A stretch of 64,000 nucleotides of DNA from contig CAWGIE010000019.1 in assembly GCA_963822585.1 (NCBI GenBank), positions 352,001 through 416,000 on the forward strand. Reading direction: 5' to 3'. The notes under the pieces were generated by a model that made no database searches, was not told the origin of the DNA, and worked only from the letters and a program-made list of their open reading frames with translations. A program made the position numbers and the translations under genes. Source of the stretch: an uncultured bacterium. Lineage in GTDB: Bacteria > Auribacterota > Erginobacteria > Erginobacterales > Erginobacteraceae. Below, one piece after another: positions 50,085 through 60,637 of the stretch; within the stretch, counting starts at the first letter, position 1, and every line of letters begins with the position of its first letter.

Positions 50085-50350
50085 CTATATCATTCCCTTC
50101 TCGGGTCCCCAGGTCGCACTGTAAGTATAGCATATGCCTGAGAGAAATGCCAGGGGATGATCTTCACGTTTTACCGGCGTGGGTATCTTGACGGGAACAA
50201 GTTCACGCAGAATATCTTTTTTCATACGCCGGTCTTCCAGAGCGGTGACAGAAGGCCCTTCCAGAGAATGGTGAAGCGCGCGACATTCGCAGCGCAGCTT
50301 AAAAGGGGCCGGGCAGGACTCCCGCTCCCTGATCACTGATTACGTATCTT

Positions 50351-53300
50351 TTATCGTGTCACGGGCTGATCGCCGTCCCGGCCGAAGTATTCCCGCAGAA
50401 TACCCTTGACCGCCCAGAGTCCGTTCGATTCCCGGAAGATTCCCGGATCGTCAATATCGTCACCGTCATAATCCCCCGGGACCGGGATATCGGCCGAACC
50501 GCCGAAGTAGACTCTCTCTCCTCCTCTGATCGCCCACATCTTCGTTGACGGACGGAAGAGTGCCGGGGTCCGGTTTCCCTCGCCGTAATAGTCGCCCGGA
50601 ACCGGAAGATCGCCCGCTCTACCGAAGTAATATCTCTCACCCTGCTCGAGAGCCCAGAGACCGGTATCTTCCCGGAAGACCCCCGCCTCGTCGGTGCCGT
50701 CCCCGTCATAATCTCCCGGGACCGGGAGATCCCCGGAGATGCCAAGATACTTCCTGCTCACACCCATGATCGCCCAGAGTCCGGAACGCGCCCGGAAGAT
50801 CGCCGGGTCTATAGTGCCGTCGCCGTCATAATCTCCCGGGACCGGGAGGTCGCCCGGCGCGCCGAAGTACGTCCTGATGCCGCCCAGGACCGCCCAGAGT
50901 CCGGTGGCGGCGCAGTACACCGCCGGATCGGTGGTTCCGTCACCGTTGTAGTCACCGGGGACGGGAGTATCACCGTCACCTCCGAAATAGACCCGGCTGC
51001 GGCCCCGCACCGCCCAGAGACCGGTTGAGGGACGATAGATTGCGATGTCGGATATCCCGTCACCGTCGTAATCACCGGACTGAAGAACCGGTTGACAACA
51101 TGGAGGCGGGGTCGGTGTGCTGATCAACACCGCCGCGGTCGGTGTCGCGATGGGGCCGGGGGGCGGGGTCGGGAGCGGACCATCCCCATACTCGATCACC
51201 AACCGCGGGCGGCGAGAGGCAATACCGCAATCACGGCTGTGAAAATAATGGTAGGTCCACTGGCCTTCCAGCGCCCGTAAAAGCAGGCCGTGATTCGGGA
51301 CTCCGTTCTCCACCCAGTCCTTCGCCACGGCGGTCACGTCCATGCTCAGCCATCCGGGCTCCAGGGACGCCGGGAGCGTCGCCCGGGCCACGATACCGTT
51401 GGGTCCCCGTCCGTAATCGGTGACGGTATCGTAATCTCCTCCCGGCGACTGCCAGGGAGTGGAACCGTCGCTTGTGTACCAGGTGGCTCCGTCGGGAAGG
51501 TACCAGTCGCCTGGCCAGAAGTCGTCGCCGAAGCCCTCCGCCCAATTTCCCGTAACCCGGTAGAGGGCGAGGGGCATATCCCCGGCCGCGTCACCCCCAT
51601 ACCGGTAGAGTTCCACCCGGGCGGTACTGACCGTTATCCCCCCTGGAAGAGCTGAGATATCCCAGTACAGCAGCGTCCGGCGCAACTCATCTCCGTCCCC
51701 GTAAAATATTTCCAGTGTCTCGTAAGCCCCCAGGTTGGCGTTCTCGTTCCCGTCCGCTGCCACTATCACGTCCGCCGTTCCCGCGTAGGATGCGTCGGGA
51801 GACACCCCCTCCTGGAAGACTATCTCCCCCGTGAGCAGGGACGTTGTCGGCGTGGGAATCGCCGGGTGAGGTGTGGGAGAGAGGGCGTGATGAGGAGTCG
51901 GGGTCGCGGATGGCGGGGATGATGGCGGTTCCGTCGGAGTCATTACCGCCGGGGGACAGGTTGGTGTCGGCGTATCCGCTTGAGAGGGCGTCACGGAGGA
52001 AACCGGTATCGGGGTGGCGGCGGCGGGAGGTGTGGGCGTTCTTTCCGGTGTCGGGGGAGGTGTAGGGACATGCGCGGCCGGTGTCGGTGAAGGGAGGGGA
52101 AGGTGCGCCGTCGCTGTGGCAATAGGTGTCGGCGCCGGGATAATAGAGTCGTACTCATCGGCCCCGATATCAGGCGATCCGTCATTGATCGCACGACAGT
52201 CGAAGTCGGAGAGATGGTCCGGTGTCGATGTCCCGGCGTTAACCGGAGGAAGGCTGCCGGAAATAAGATGGAGATCCCCGCCGGCGGCATCGATAAAATA
52301 TCCGGTCTGCGCACCGGTGAAGTTCGTAACCTGGTCGGGGTTATTGGGCTCGAAACGGTCGGTATAGAAATCCTCGTCGGTCAGATTGTTCATCAGCAGG
52401 CAGTTGGAAGACGACGCGTACTGCACCTCGATCGAGTAGGGCCAGTTTCCGGGCGAGTAGACGGTGTTGTTGATCACCTTCGCCCCGGGCGCTTTTGAGA
52501 TGCAGATTCCGAAGTCGGAGTTCTCGTACCCCTTGACGAAATTGTTCCTGATGATGCCCCCGGTGTGGCTGGGGGCCGGGTCGAAGGAGTTGCCGAACGA
52601 TATCCCCATGTCGCAGTCGATGACCCGGTTCCGCTCCACGATCGTGCCCGACGATCCTTTCCAGCACAATATGGCCGCACCGGCCAGGTTCCCCCCCGGC
52701 CCCGCCTTGATATTCCTGATCGTGTTGTCCCGGATGATCCAGTTATGGGAGTTCAGAATATCGATCCCGTTGGTATAATCCCCCTGGGCCAGGGTGGTGG
52801 TGTACTCAAAGGTTGAGCACTCGATCACTCCATCGTTTTTGGGCCCGGTGTCGAGGCCGCCGCTGGACTTGAAGAGCTGCTCGCCGCAGTCAACCACCCG
52901 GATGTTATGAAAGAGAAAACCCGACGGCGACGAGGAAGGATCGATGAAGACCCCGTGGTACTGAACGTCCCGGACGGTGAGATCGGCCAGCGTGACCCCG
53001 CCGGCGTTGATGTAGACCCCGAAATAGCTCTCCCCCGAGGCCATCCCCTCCCCCCGGATCACCACGTCGTCCCGGTCGCCGGTGGCGGAACGGAGGGTGA
53101 TATCCGGCCGGTCGATCACGATCCCGTTTCCGCTGATCGGGTAATCGCCGCTGTTCAGGTAGATGGTCGTCGGCCCGGACGCGCCGGCGACGGCGTCCTC
53201 CAGCCCCGCGGTCGTGCTGACGTACACCACGGCTTCTCCCAGGGGCGGCGGCGGTAGGGGCCCGCAGTCGCAGTCGTCTCCGGGCATGGCCGTGGGCGCG

Positions 53301-55584
53301 GACGCCGGTGTCGGCGTCCCGGAAATCGGAGGAGGCGTGGGGGTTCTCACCGGCACGGCGGCCGTCGCACTGGGCGTCGGCGCGCCGATGGGATTCCCGT
53401 TCCAGCCGGCCAGGCGGCCCAGCAGCCACCAGAGAGCGCGCCCCTTGAGGACGCAATTAATCCGGGCCTTGTTTCCGGGCCCCTCGCAGTGGGCGCAGCT
53501 GGAGCATCCGTCGTATCCGGCCACGGTGTTGCCGGTAGTGAGGCGTTCCAGCTCCGAACCGACGTTGGCGTCGATCCACTCCTCTCCCCAGTTGGCGGTC
53601 CGTCCCGGGTTGTAATCCAGGTTGTCCCACATCGGGCGATCGTAATAATAGGCGCCGTCGGGGTCGTAATTCTCGATGTCGGCGAAATCAAAGAGAATCC
53701 GGTTGCGGGTGAGGCAGTGCTGCCTGATCTGCTCGTTGGCGGTGTGGATGAATCCGCCTTCTCCCTGCCCTTCGGCATGGCCGGTCATGAAGACGAAATG
53801 GATACCCGGATATTCGGAGATCAGTATCTCCATGTTATCGAGATACCGCTGGATGTTGTGGCCGTTGATGCTGCACCAGGACCAGATGATCACGTTCAGG
53901 TGAGCGTTGGCGGGGTTGTTCAGCAGGTTGCGGGTCGCTGTCACCCAGGGGGTGACGCCGTTGCCGTCGATGTAGTCTCCCTCGCTCAGGTCGGCGCAGC
54001 CGGGAATGCCGTAGTCGTCGAAGTCGAGACCGGAGGAACCGTTGTCCGACCACGCGTATCTCGTCCCGAAGGGGGGATAGTTCTCCAGGGTGTTCAGCCC
54101 GGTTACCAGCTGGCTGCCGTGAGACGTATGCTGATAGGCCACGTGAAGACTATTTTTCGCCTCATCAATCCAGTTATCAGGGATCAGGGACGGATCGGTA
54201 CAGTCGTGACCGACGATGATCGCCCCGGTCGGCGGTGGAGGAGGCGTCGCGACGGGTGTGGGCGGCACGGGAGAGGGCGTACTAACCGCCGGGGGAAGCG
54301 TGGGAGTGGGCGGAGGTGTCGATGCCCCGTCACCGCGCACCTTCCAGACGTGGACGATGGGCTTGTCGTCGTCGACCAGCGGCTCGAAGACATAGAGGAG
54401 TCCCCGCTCCCGATCGAAGGTGATTGCCTTCACATGATCGTACATCTGGGGGGAATAGATGTGATAGAGGACGCTGTCTATATTCATCACCGCGTACGGC
54501 TGCGGCTCGTACGGTTCCATCTCCCCCCGCGCCACCGCCGCCAGATCCGCCGGATCGAAAAAGACGATCTCCCCGTCGAAGTACGTCGACCACCATCCCC
54601 GGTTTTCGCATTCCAGGCAGGGACCGGCCGGGTTGCCGTACCAGCAGTCGCCCCGACCCTTCGTCCCCGCGAAGATAACCGCCGAGTTCCCCCCCGCCGT
54701 CAGCCAGGCCGCTCCCGGCCACATGTCGGAGTGCTGATACCGGTCCATTGTGTACGCCCCCCCGTGGGGATCGTCCCAGTAGGCGGTCGAGTACTGCAGG
54801 ACGGGGATGGCGTTGAGCACCGCGTTCGCCGGGGGCGGGTTCCCCTGCTGCCAGGGAGCGATCAGGTAGATGCAGGGCCCCTGGCCCCCCTGGCCCCCGT
54901 CCCTCATCCTCCCCGTCGCCAGGCATCGGCCGCCGGTGTAGGTGTCCGCCCAGCCCTGAGGTACCGAGAAGAGGTAGTCGGTCGTGCTGTAGGTGTCGTA
55001 CTGCCCGATGTACCAGGGACCCGCCGGGTTGGGCGCCGAGAGGTCCAGGCTGCACCACCCATGGGTGGGGTAATGGGGATCGATCTGGAGATGTTGATGC
55101 CAGCCGAAATACAGTCTCCCCCCCGTTCGGCCGCTCCCGGCGGGAAGGTACTCCAGACCGCAGTAGGGTATCTCGAACCCGGGGAAGAGACCTTGCCGGA
55201 TGTCCGCGAACGGCTGCAGGGTGGAGGCGGTGTTCAGATCGGAGAGACTCTTGCCCGGCGAGATGACCGGGACCGGGATGCTGATCTCGGAGACGCGCTG
55301 ATACCAGTCATGTCCGGTTCCGTAGAGCGAGCCGGGGTAACCGTCGGCGGGACCGCCCGGGTCTCCCCCCGGGTAATAGGCCAGCGCGTTGCCCCCCCAG
55401 GCCCAGCCCGTCTCGTCACCCGGGCCCGGGAGACGGAACGCGCCCCGGTACTCGAGATCAGAGGGGTAGATGCGGCCGGCCAAAGCGCCCCCGTCCGGGA
55501 AGAGGACGAAACAGAATGCAGCGACTACGAGGGAAAGAGGGGGGACCGCGCAGGGAACGGCCGACTGTTCGCCATCGCCTTCAT
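50351..55584 (-). CDS. Large modular secreted protein: unassigned domain, second unassigned domain, parallel beta-helix, DNRLRE-like domain, six FG-GAP-like repeats
   Basis: SD GAGGAGG + ATG 55584; signal peptide frameshifted near 55540 into the 1710-aa ORF; PT-rich linkers; beta-helix-type repeats; NHGLLL...FHSRD...RPRLVIEY; ends GDQPVTR. Confidence 0.88.
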
Positions 55585-55723
55585 CTGAACCTCCTCAAGC
55601 CAGCCAGGTCGCGTAATTACTATACCATATGAAGCCACCCCTGGCAATCCTGCTTGAGGAACGGTTCTTCATCCCCGTATCGAATGAGCTTAAAACTTGG
55701 CTGGGTAACCTAGCCGATTTTTC

Positions 55724-55767
55724 CGCATTAGACATTTTGTTTCGATCGAAACAAAATGCCTAATGCG
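55724..55767. repeat. 44-bp near-perfect palindrome
   Basis: CGCATTAGACATTTTGTTTCGATCGAAACAAAATGCCTAATGCG, one mismatched pair, no loop. Confidence 0.8.
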
Positions 55768-55861
55768 TTTTCGAAACGATCTCCGGGAAAGCGGCGACGG
55801 GGAGAGACTGGTATCCGTCTGAGCCGGGAGCAGTCATCGCCGTTATGATCGATGTTTCGCC

Positions 55862-56830
55862 TCAGTGACGCCGGCCGCGGGTGGGCAAAAAGGGGTTGCT
55901 TCCCCCGGGCTCACGGGAATCCGGGACATATTTCCTGGCGGAGACCAGGACCGTCTCCCCGTCATCGAGGCCTGATACAACTTCGATATTGGTGCCGTCG
56001 GAAAGACCGGTCACGATCCTCCGCTTCTCCGGGCGTTCGTCCGTACCCCGGCCCACCAGGACAAAGCTTTCCCCCTGCCTTTTTTTGACCGCCGGCTCGG
56101 GGATCAGGAGAACGTTCTTTCTTTCCTCCTTGATAATCTCCACGTTGGCGCTCATCCCGGAACGAAAGTTTTCCGGAATTTTCTCGGGGAGGATCTCAAC
56201 CTCGTAGATGGTGACGTTGTTCACCACTTTCGATTCATACGCGATATGGTCCACCACGCTTTTGATCCTGGTCTCCGGGTAGGCGTCCAGGCTGACGATG
56301 GCGGGCTGCCCCACCTTTATCCCACCGATATCGGTCTCGTCTACCTGGGCGGTGACGATCAGGCGGTCCGAAAGAACCAGGACCGGATCGGATGTAGTGA
56401 CCGTCTGTCCGGGTTCGACGGCGCGAACGATCACTTCTCCGTCGATCGGGGCGATCAGAGGACTGGCTTTGTAGGCCTCCTCCCAGTACGCAACGGCTTC
56501 TTTTCCCTGCTTCCGCGCGGCATCGAGCAACGTCGCCCGATCGGTCGAGCTTAACAGGGCCAGTTCCTGTCCCGCCTTCACCCGATCGCCTTCCTTAACC
56601 ATGATCTGCTCCACCCGGCCGCTGACCGTCGGTTTGATCTCCAGCCTGTTCTGGGGCTCGACCACACCCGTGGTGGAGATGGAGATCACGATATCGCCTC
56701 TGGTCACCGGGACTGCTTGGACCGTTTCTTCCGTAGCGGCATTAGAAAAGACATAGCGGTAGACAACGACCGCGATCACGCCTATCCCCACAAAGGCCAA
56801 AAGCATGAATATTTTCTTCTTTTTTTTCAT
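55862..56830 (-). CDS. Efflux periplasmic adaptor subunit (MacA-like)
   Basis: SGRVEQIMVKEGDRVKAGQ, APIDGEV, VDETDIG and RSGMSA motifs. Confidence 0.92.
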   Translation of the reverse strand: MKKKKKIFMLLAFVGIGVIAVVVYRYVFSNAATEETVQAVPVTRGDIVISISTTGVVEPQNRLEIKPTVSGRVEQIMVKEGDRVKAGQELALLSSTDRATLLDAARKQGKEAVAYWEEAYKASPLIAPIDGEVIVRAVEPGQTVTTSDPVLVLSDRLIVTAQVDETDIGGIKVGQPAIVSLDAYPETRIKSVVDHIAYESKVVNNVTIYEVEILPEKIPENFRSGMSANVEIIKEERKNVLLIPEPAVKKRQGESFVLVGRGTDERPEKRRIVTGLSDGTNIEVVSGLDDGETVLVSARKYVPDSREPGGSNPFLPTRGRRH

Positions 56831-56879
56831 CCGTCAACGGTCTCCTTTAACTCGATATATGCCTGTCTAATGGCAGACA

Positions 56880-58175
56880 TCAATCGGGGTGGACTTGAAC
56901 GACGCCGGAGCCGAGAGGTATACCTTGCGCGTTCAGCCACCGGGCCCGGGCTTCCAGGACGGCGGCCTGGGCTGCCAGATAGGTCCCCTTGGTCCGGACC
57001 AGGTTATCCTCGATGATAATCCAGTTATCGAAGGAGAGCAGCCCATTGCCATATTGGGCTTCGGCAATCCGGGCCCGCTCCTGGTCCGCGTCCAGGTACA
57101 TCTTCTGGACCGTCAGACGCTCGACCGCGTCTTTGAGATCTTTCCAGCGTTCCCGGAGTGTATAGAGGACGGTGTCCAGCTCGCTCCGCTCCTTCTCGGC
57201 GGCCTCCCGCAGGGCGGCCGTGGCCCGGGTCTTCTCCTCGATCCGCTCCCCGCCCTGGAAGAGCGGCAGCGACAGTCCGATCCCCAGAGACCAGGATTCC
57301 GAGGAGGGCGGCCACTCGGAATCACTGCGTCCGATCCGGGCGGTTCCGAAAACCTCGGGAAAGAATTGGGACCAGGCTGATTTCACCGCGTACTCCGCTG
57401 CCTCTTTGCGGGCGGTCATCATCAGCACCGAGGGATGAATGGCGGCCATCTGGTTCAGATCCGGTTCCGGCGGAACGGCCACCGGCTCTCCCAGGTCGCC
57501 CTCCGCCCGATAGGGCAAAACATCGGTGAACCCCATCTCTTTTATCAGCTGCTGCCGGGCCAGAATGATGTCCCGTAAGGCCTGCTCGTTGTCAAACTTG
57601 GCCTGGGCGAAGTTGGCCTGGGCGGTCATCAACGACCCTTTGTGCTCCCGGCCGGCATCGTAACGAAGCCTGACTATCTCCAGCTGCTGGCCCCGGCGGC
57701 TGATAATGTCGCGGGAGATTATTAACGCCTCCTGGGATCTCAGCAACTCAATGAAGGCAGTGGCCAGATCCAGACCTATCGCCGAGGAGGTCACATCATA
57801 ACTATACAACGACGAGATAAAGTCCCGGTCGGACTGATCAAGATTATACCAGCTTTTCAAACCGTCGAAAAGAAGCTGACGGGCGTTCAGGGAATACCCG
57901 TAGGAATCCCCCGGATCCTCGCCGGACGATTTGGAGCGGGAGGCGTTGAGATCGAAGCCGACGGAGGGAAGGAGATTGCCCCTTACTTTGAGCTTCGTCG
58001 CGTAAGCTTGTTCCACGGAGGCCGCCGCCGCCTTGAGATCGGGATTATGCTCCCGGGCGTTTGCCACGCAGTCCGCCCAGCTGAGTGGAACTTCCTCCTC
58101 CGCGATCAGGAGGGACGGAAAGGCGGCAATCAGGAGCAGCGGAAGCATCATCAGCGTTTCCCGTGCGGTCATCAT
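56880..58175 (-). CDS. TolC family outer membrane protein
   Basis: Signal peptide; HNPDL, LFDG, RYDAG and LPLFQGG motifs. Confidence 0.92.
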   Translation of the reverse strand: MMTARETLMMLPLLLIAAFPSLLIAEEEVPLSWADCVANAREHNPDLKAAAASVEQAYATKLKVRGNLLPSVGFDLNASRSKSSGEDPGDSYGYSLNARQLLFDGLKSWYNLDQSDRDFISSLYSYDVTSSAIGLDLATAFIELLRSQEALIISRDIISRRGQQLEIVRLRYDAGREHKGSLMTAQANFAQAKFDNEQALRDIILARQQLIKEMGFTDVLPYRAEGDLGEPVAVPPEPDLNQMAAIHPSVLMMTARKEAAEYAVKSAWSQFFPEVFGTARIGRSDSEWPPSSESWSLGIGLSLPLFQGGERIEEKTRATAALREAAEKERSELDTVLYTLRERWKDLKDAVERLTVQKMYLDADQERARIAEAQYGNGLLSFDNWIIIEDNLVRTKGTYLAAQAAVLEARARWLNAQGIPLGSGVVQVHPD

Positions 58176-58349
58176 ATTATTCTCCGGGTACCGGACATAC
58201 CTGATCTCCTTCCTCTCCGGTCCGGGTTCCGTTTTCTTCGCCTTGCCGGCAATCAGTCAGAGAGACATGATAATTATTCCATCCGTTCTTCCATTTCTCT
58301 GCTTAAGTCACATACCAACCGGAAATAATTACGAATAGAATATAAATAA

Positions 58350-58400
58350 TACTTGACTTCAAGTAAATAATAAAATACTTATTTAAAATAATTATTTTAA
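58350..58400. promoter_or_regulatory. AT-rich divergent promoter region with palindrome (candidate TetR operator)
   Basis: TACTTGA-ct-TCAAGTA containing TTGACT, between divergent tolC and tetR genes. Confidence 0.45.
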
Positions 58401-58440
58401 TTCCTCGTTTCATTCATGTCACCCGGAATATGCAGTAACC

Positions 58441-59103
58441 ATGAAAACAAGCACCCGGAAAAGGATTCTCGAGGCTGCCTGCCGTCTTTTTGCCGCCAAT
58501 GGATACCACGGCACCACGGTTGCCGGCATCTGCCGGACAGCAAAGACCAATATCGCGTCGGTTAATTACTACTTCGGCAGCAAAGCGGCTCTTTACGAAG
58601 CCGCCTGGGAGCACGCGGAAGCCGTCGCCAATGATAAATACGGGATCATCGATCCCGGGGTAAGCCCGGCACGGTACCTGCGGGAGCATATCCGCCGGCT
58701 GGTCCTGATGATCTTCGATGAAGGTCCCGCAGGCTTTTTACCCCGCCTGGTGAGACAAGACATCAACACGGAAGATGAGCGGATTGAAAGGTTGCTCACC
58801 CGGTTCATTCTTCCCCGGGTCCGGCGGTTGGAGGAGGCGGTGGGCTCCCTCCTCGGGCTGGATCCGGAATGTTTCGAGGTACGCGTGGCTTCCAACCACA
58901 TTCAAAGCATGTGCGTGTTTCTCAATATCGGCACACGGGCACGGCGGCGAATCTTTGCCGGGAAAACTCCGGAGAGCGCGGAAGTGGAACTGCTGATCGG
59001 AAGCCTGCAGAAGTTCACGGAAGGAGGGATCAGGAGGATCGCGCATACCCTGAAGATAGCCGGCCGGGGGAAGAGGGCGAGGACCCCGGGTAAAGATGGA
59101 TGA
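58441..59103 (+). CDS. TetR family regulator (CerR-like C-terminus)
   Basis: TRKRILEAACRLFAANGYHGTTVAGIC...NIASVNYYFGSKAALY. Confidence 0.93.
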   Translation: MKTSTRKRILEAACRLFAANGYHGTTVAGICRTAKTNIASVNYYFGSKAALYEAAWEHAEAVANDKYGIIDPGVSPARYLREHIRRLVLMIFDEGPAGFLPRLVRQDINTEDERIERLLTRFILPRVRRLEEAVGSLLGLDPECFEVRVASNHIQSMCVFLNIGTRARRRIFAGKTPESAEVELLIGSLQKFTEGGIRRIAHTLKIAGRGKRARTPGKDG

Positions 59104-60503
59104 GAAGAAGTATCGACAGAGCCGGATCCTGCCGGACGCTCGTGCTGGTGCTGACGGCGGTCTTGCCGCTTTCCTGCTCCTTCCTCCCGGAACGGGAGGG
59201 GCCGCTGGAACCGGAGATCCCGGAGAAATGGGGAGAAGAGACCGGAATGCCGTCTCCCCATAAACTCTGGTGGGAAGACTTTGGAAGCACCGAACTTAAC
59301 CGGCTGGTCATGGAAGCTTTTGGCGGAAGTTTCGATCTCCGCCAAGCCGAAGCCCGGCTGCGCCAGGCCCGTGCCTCCGCGGTTATTGCCGGAGGAAATC
59401 TTTACCCGGAAGTCAACCTGGAAGCGGCCGGCGGCGCTACCCGGGCCCGAACCGGAAATTCTGATAATCGGGTAACTTCCACCACGGAAAATTACTCCCT
59501 CGGATTGGCCGCCAGTTATGAGATCGATCTCTGGGGCAAGGTAAGATCAACCGCGAACGAGGCTGATACCCTGGTCCTGGCGTCCAGCGCGGATCTGGAC
59601 ACGGTCCGGATTACCCTGGCGGCGGAAGTGACGGACCGCTGGCTCTCCATCGTGGAATTAAAGTCCCAGCTGGAACTGGTTAGCGAGCAGCTGAAGTCCA
59701 ACCGGACCTATCTTGAACTTCTGCTTTTACGGCAGCGCAAAGGTCTGGCTACGGCTCTGGCGGTCTTCCAGCAGCAACAGGTTGTGGCCGGTACCGAATC
59801 CCTGATTCCCCTCCTTGATTCCCGGCTGGCTACCACCCGTTATGAATTGGCGGTTCTCCTGGGCCGTACCCCCCGCTCAAATATCGGGCTTGCCGCTGAT
59901 CGGCTCCCGGAAATCTCACCGCTCCCGGAGATCGGACTACCCGCCCGGCTCCTGGAAAATCGTCCGGATATCCGGTCCGCCTATTTCCGTCTGGAATCTT
60001 CCGACTGGGGAGTCTCCGCGGCCCGGGCCAACCGGCTCCCGGCCCTTGCGCTGACGGCCTCGGCCGGGTATAGATCGGCGGATTTTGCTGACCTCTTTGA
60101 TAACTGGTTCGCCGGTTTCGCGGGTGCCTTACTCGCGCCTTTGATTGACGGCGGCCGCCGGTCGGCCGAAGCCGACCGCGCTCTCGCCGTCTCGGAAGAG
60201 AGACTGGCTTTTTACCGGGAAACGGTCCTCAACGCCTTCAGGGAAGTTGAAGACGCCCTGGTCCGGGAAAAGAAGCAGACCGATTACATCAGCTCGCTGG
60301 GAAAACAATTGACAGCCGCGAAGAACGCGCAGTCGGAAGCGCTGCTTCGTTACCGCAAGGGGGACATCGAGTACCTCGATGTCCTGGCATCCATCACTTC
60401 GGTCCAGTCCCTGGAGAGAGAGGTACTTTCCGCGCGTAGAGATCTTTTGCTCTACCGGGTCTCGCTCTACCGCGCGCTGGGGTCGAGGTGGAATGAGGAA
60501 TAA
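59100..60503 (+). CDS. Efflux outer membrane lipoprotein (NodT/OprM family)
   Basis: Lipobox-like PLSC; WWEDFG, SYEIDLWG, LLENRPDI and LYRALG motifs. Confidence 0.93.
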   Translation: MRRSIDRAGSCRTLVLVLTAVLPLSCSFLPEREGPLEPEIPEKWGEETGMPSPHKLWWEDFGSTELNRLVMEAFGGSFDLRQAEARLRQARASAVIAGGNLYPEVNLEAAGGATRARTGNSDNRVTSTTENYSLGLAASYEIDLWGKVRSTANEADTLVLASSADLDTVRITLAAEVTDRWLSIVELKSQLELVSEQLKSNRTYLELLLLRQRKGLATALAVFQQQQVVAGTESLIPLLDSRLATTRYELAVLLGRTPRSNIGLAADRLPEISPLPEIGLPARLLENRPDIRSAYFRLESSDWGVSAARANRLPALALTASAGYRSADFADLFDNWFAGFAGALLAPLIDGGRRSAEADRALAVSEERLAFYRETVLNAFREVEDALVREKKQTDYISSLGKQLTAAKNAQSEALLRYRKGDIEYLDVLASITSVQSLEREVLSARRDLLLYRVSLYRALGSRWNEE

Positions 60504-60637
60504 TTTAAAGATGAGGTGTTTATAATTTTGGTTCTTTTCCATTTTGTGTGGGTTGATGCTGATATGATAATTAATATTTCATGAAAAACTTATAGAATGA
60601 CAGAGAACCAAAGATGATATTTTAGATGGAGATTAAT

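Noticed and set aside
53489..55588. 699-aa plus-strand ORF and many other long antisense or alternate-frame ORFs (e.g. 1313-2398, 33332-34363, 4025-5044)
   Set aside because: Shadow ORFs of GC-rich genes; they overlap well-supported CDSs and have no family motifs
60504..60625. AT-rich gap between efflux genes as a regulatory element or sRNA
   Set aside because: No recognisable motif or stable structure; composition resembles the suspect tract at 28470
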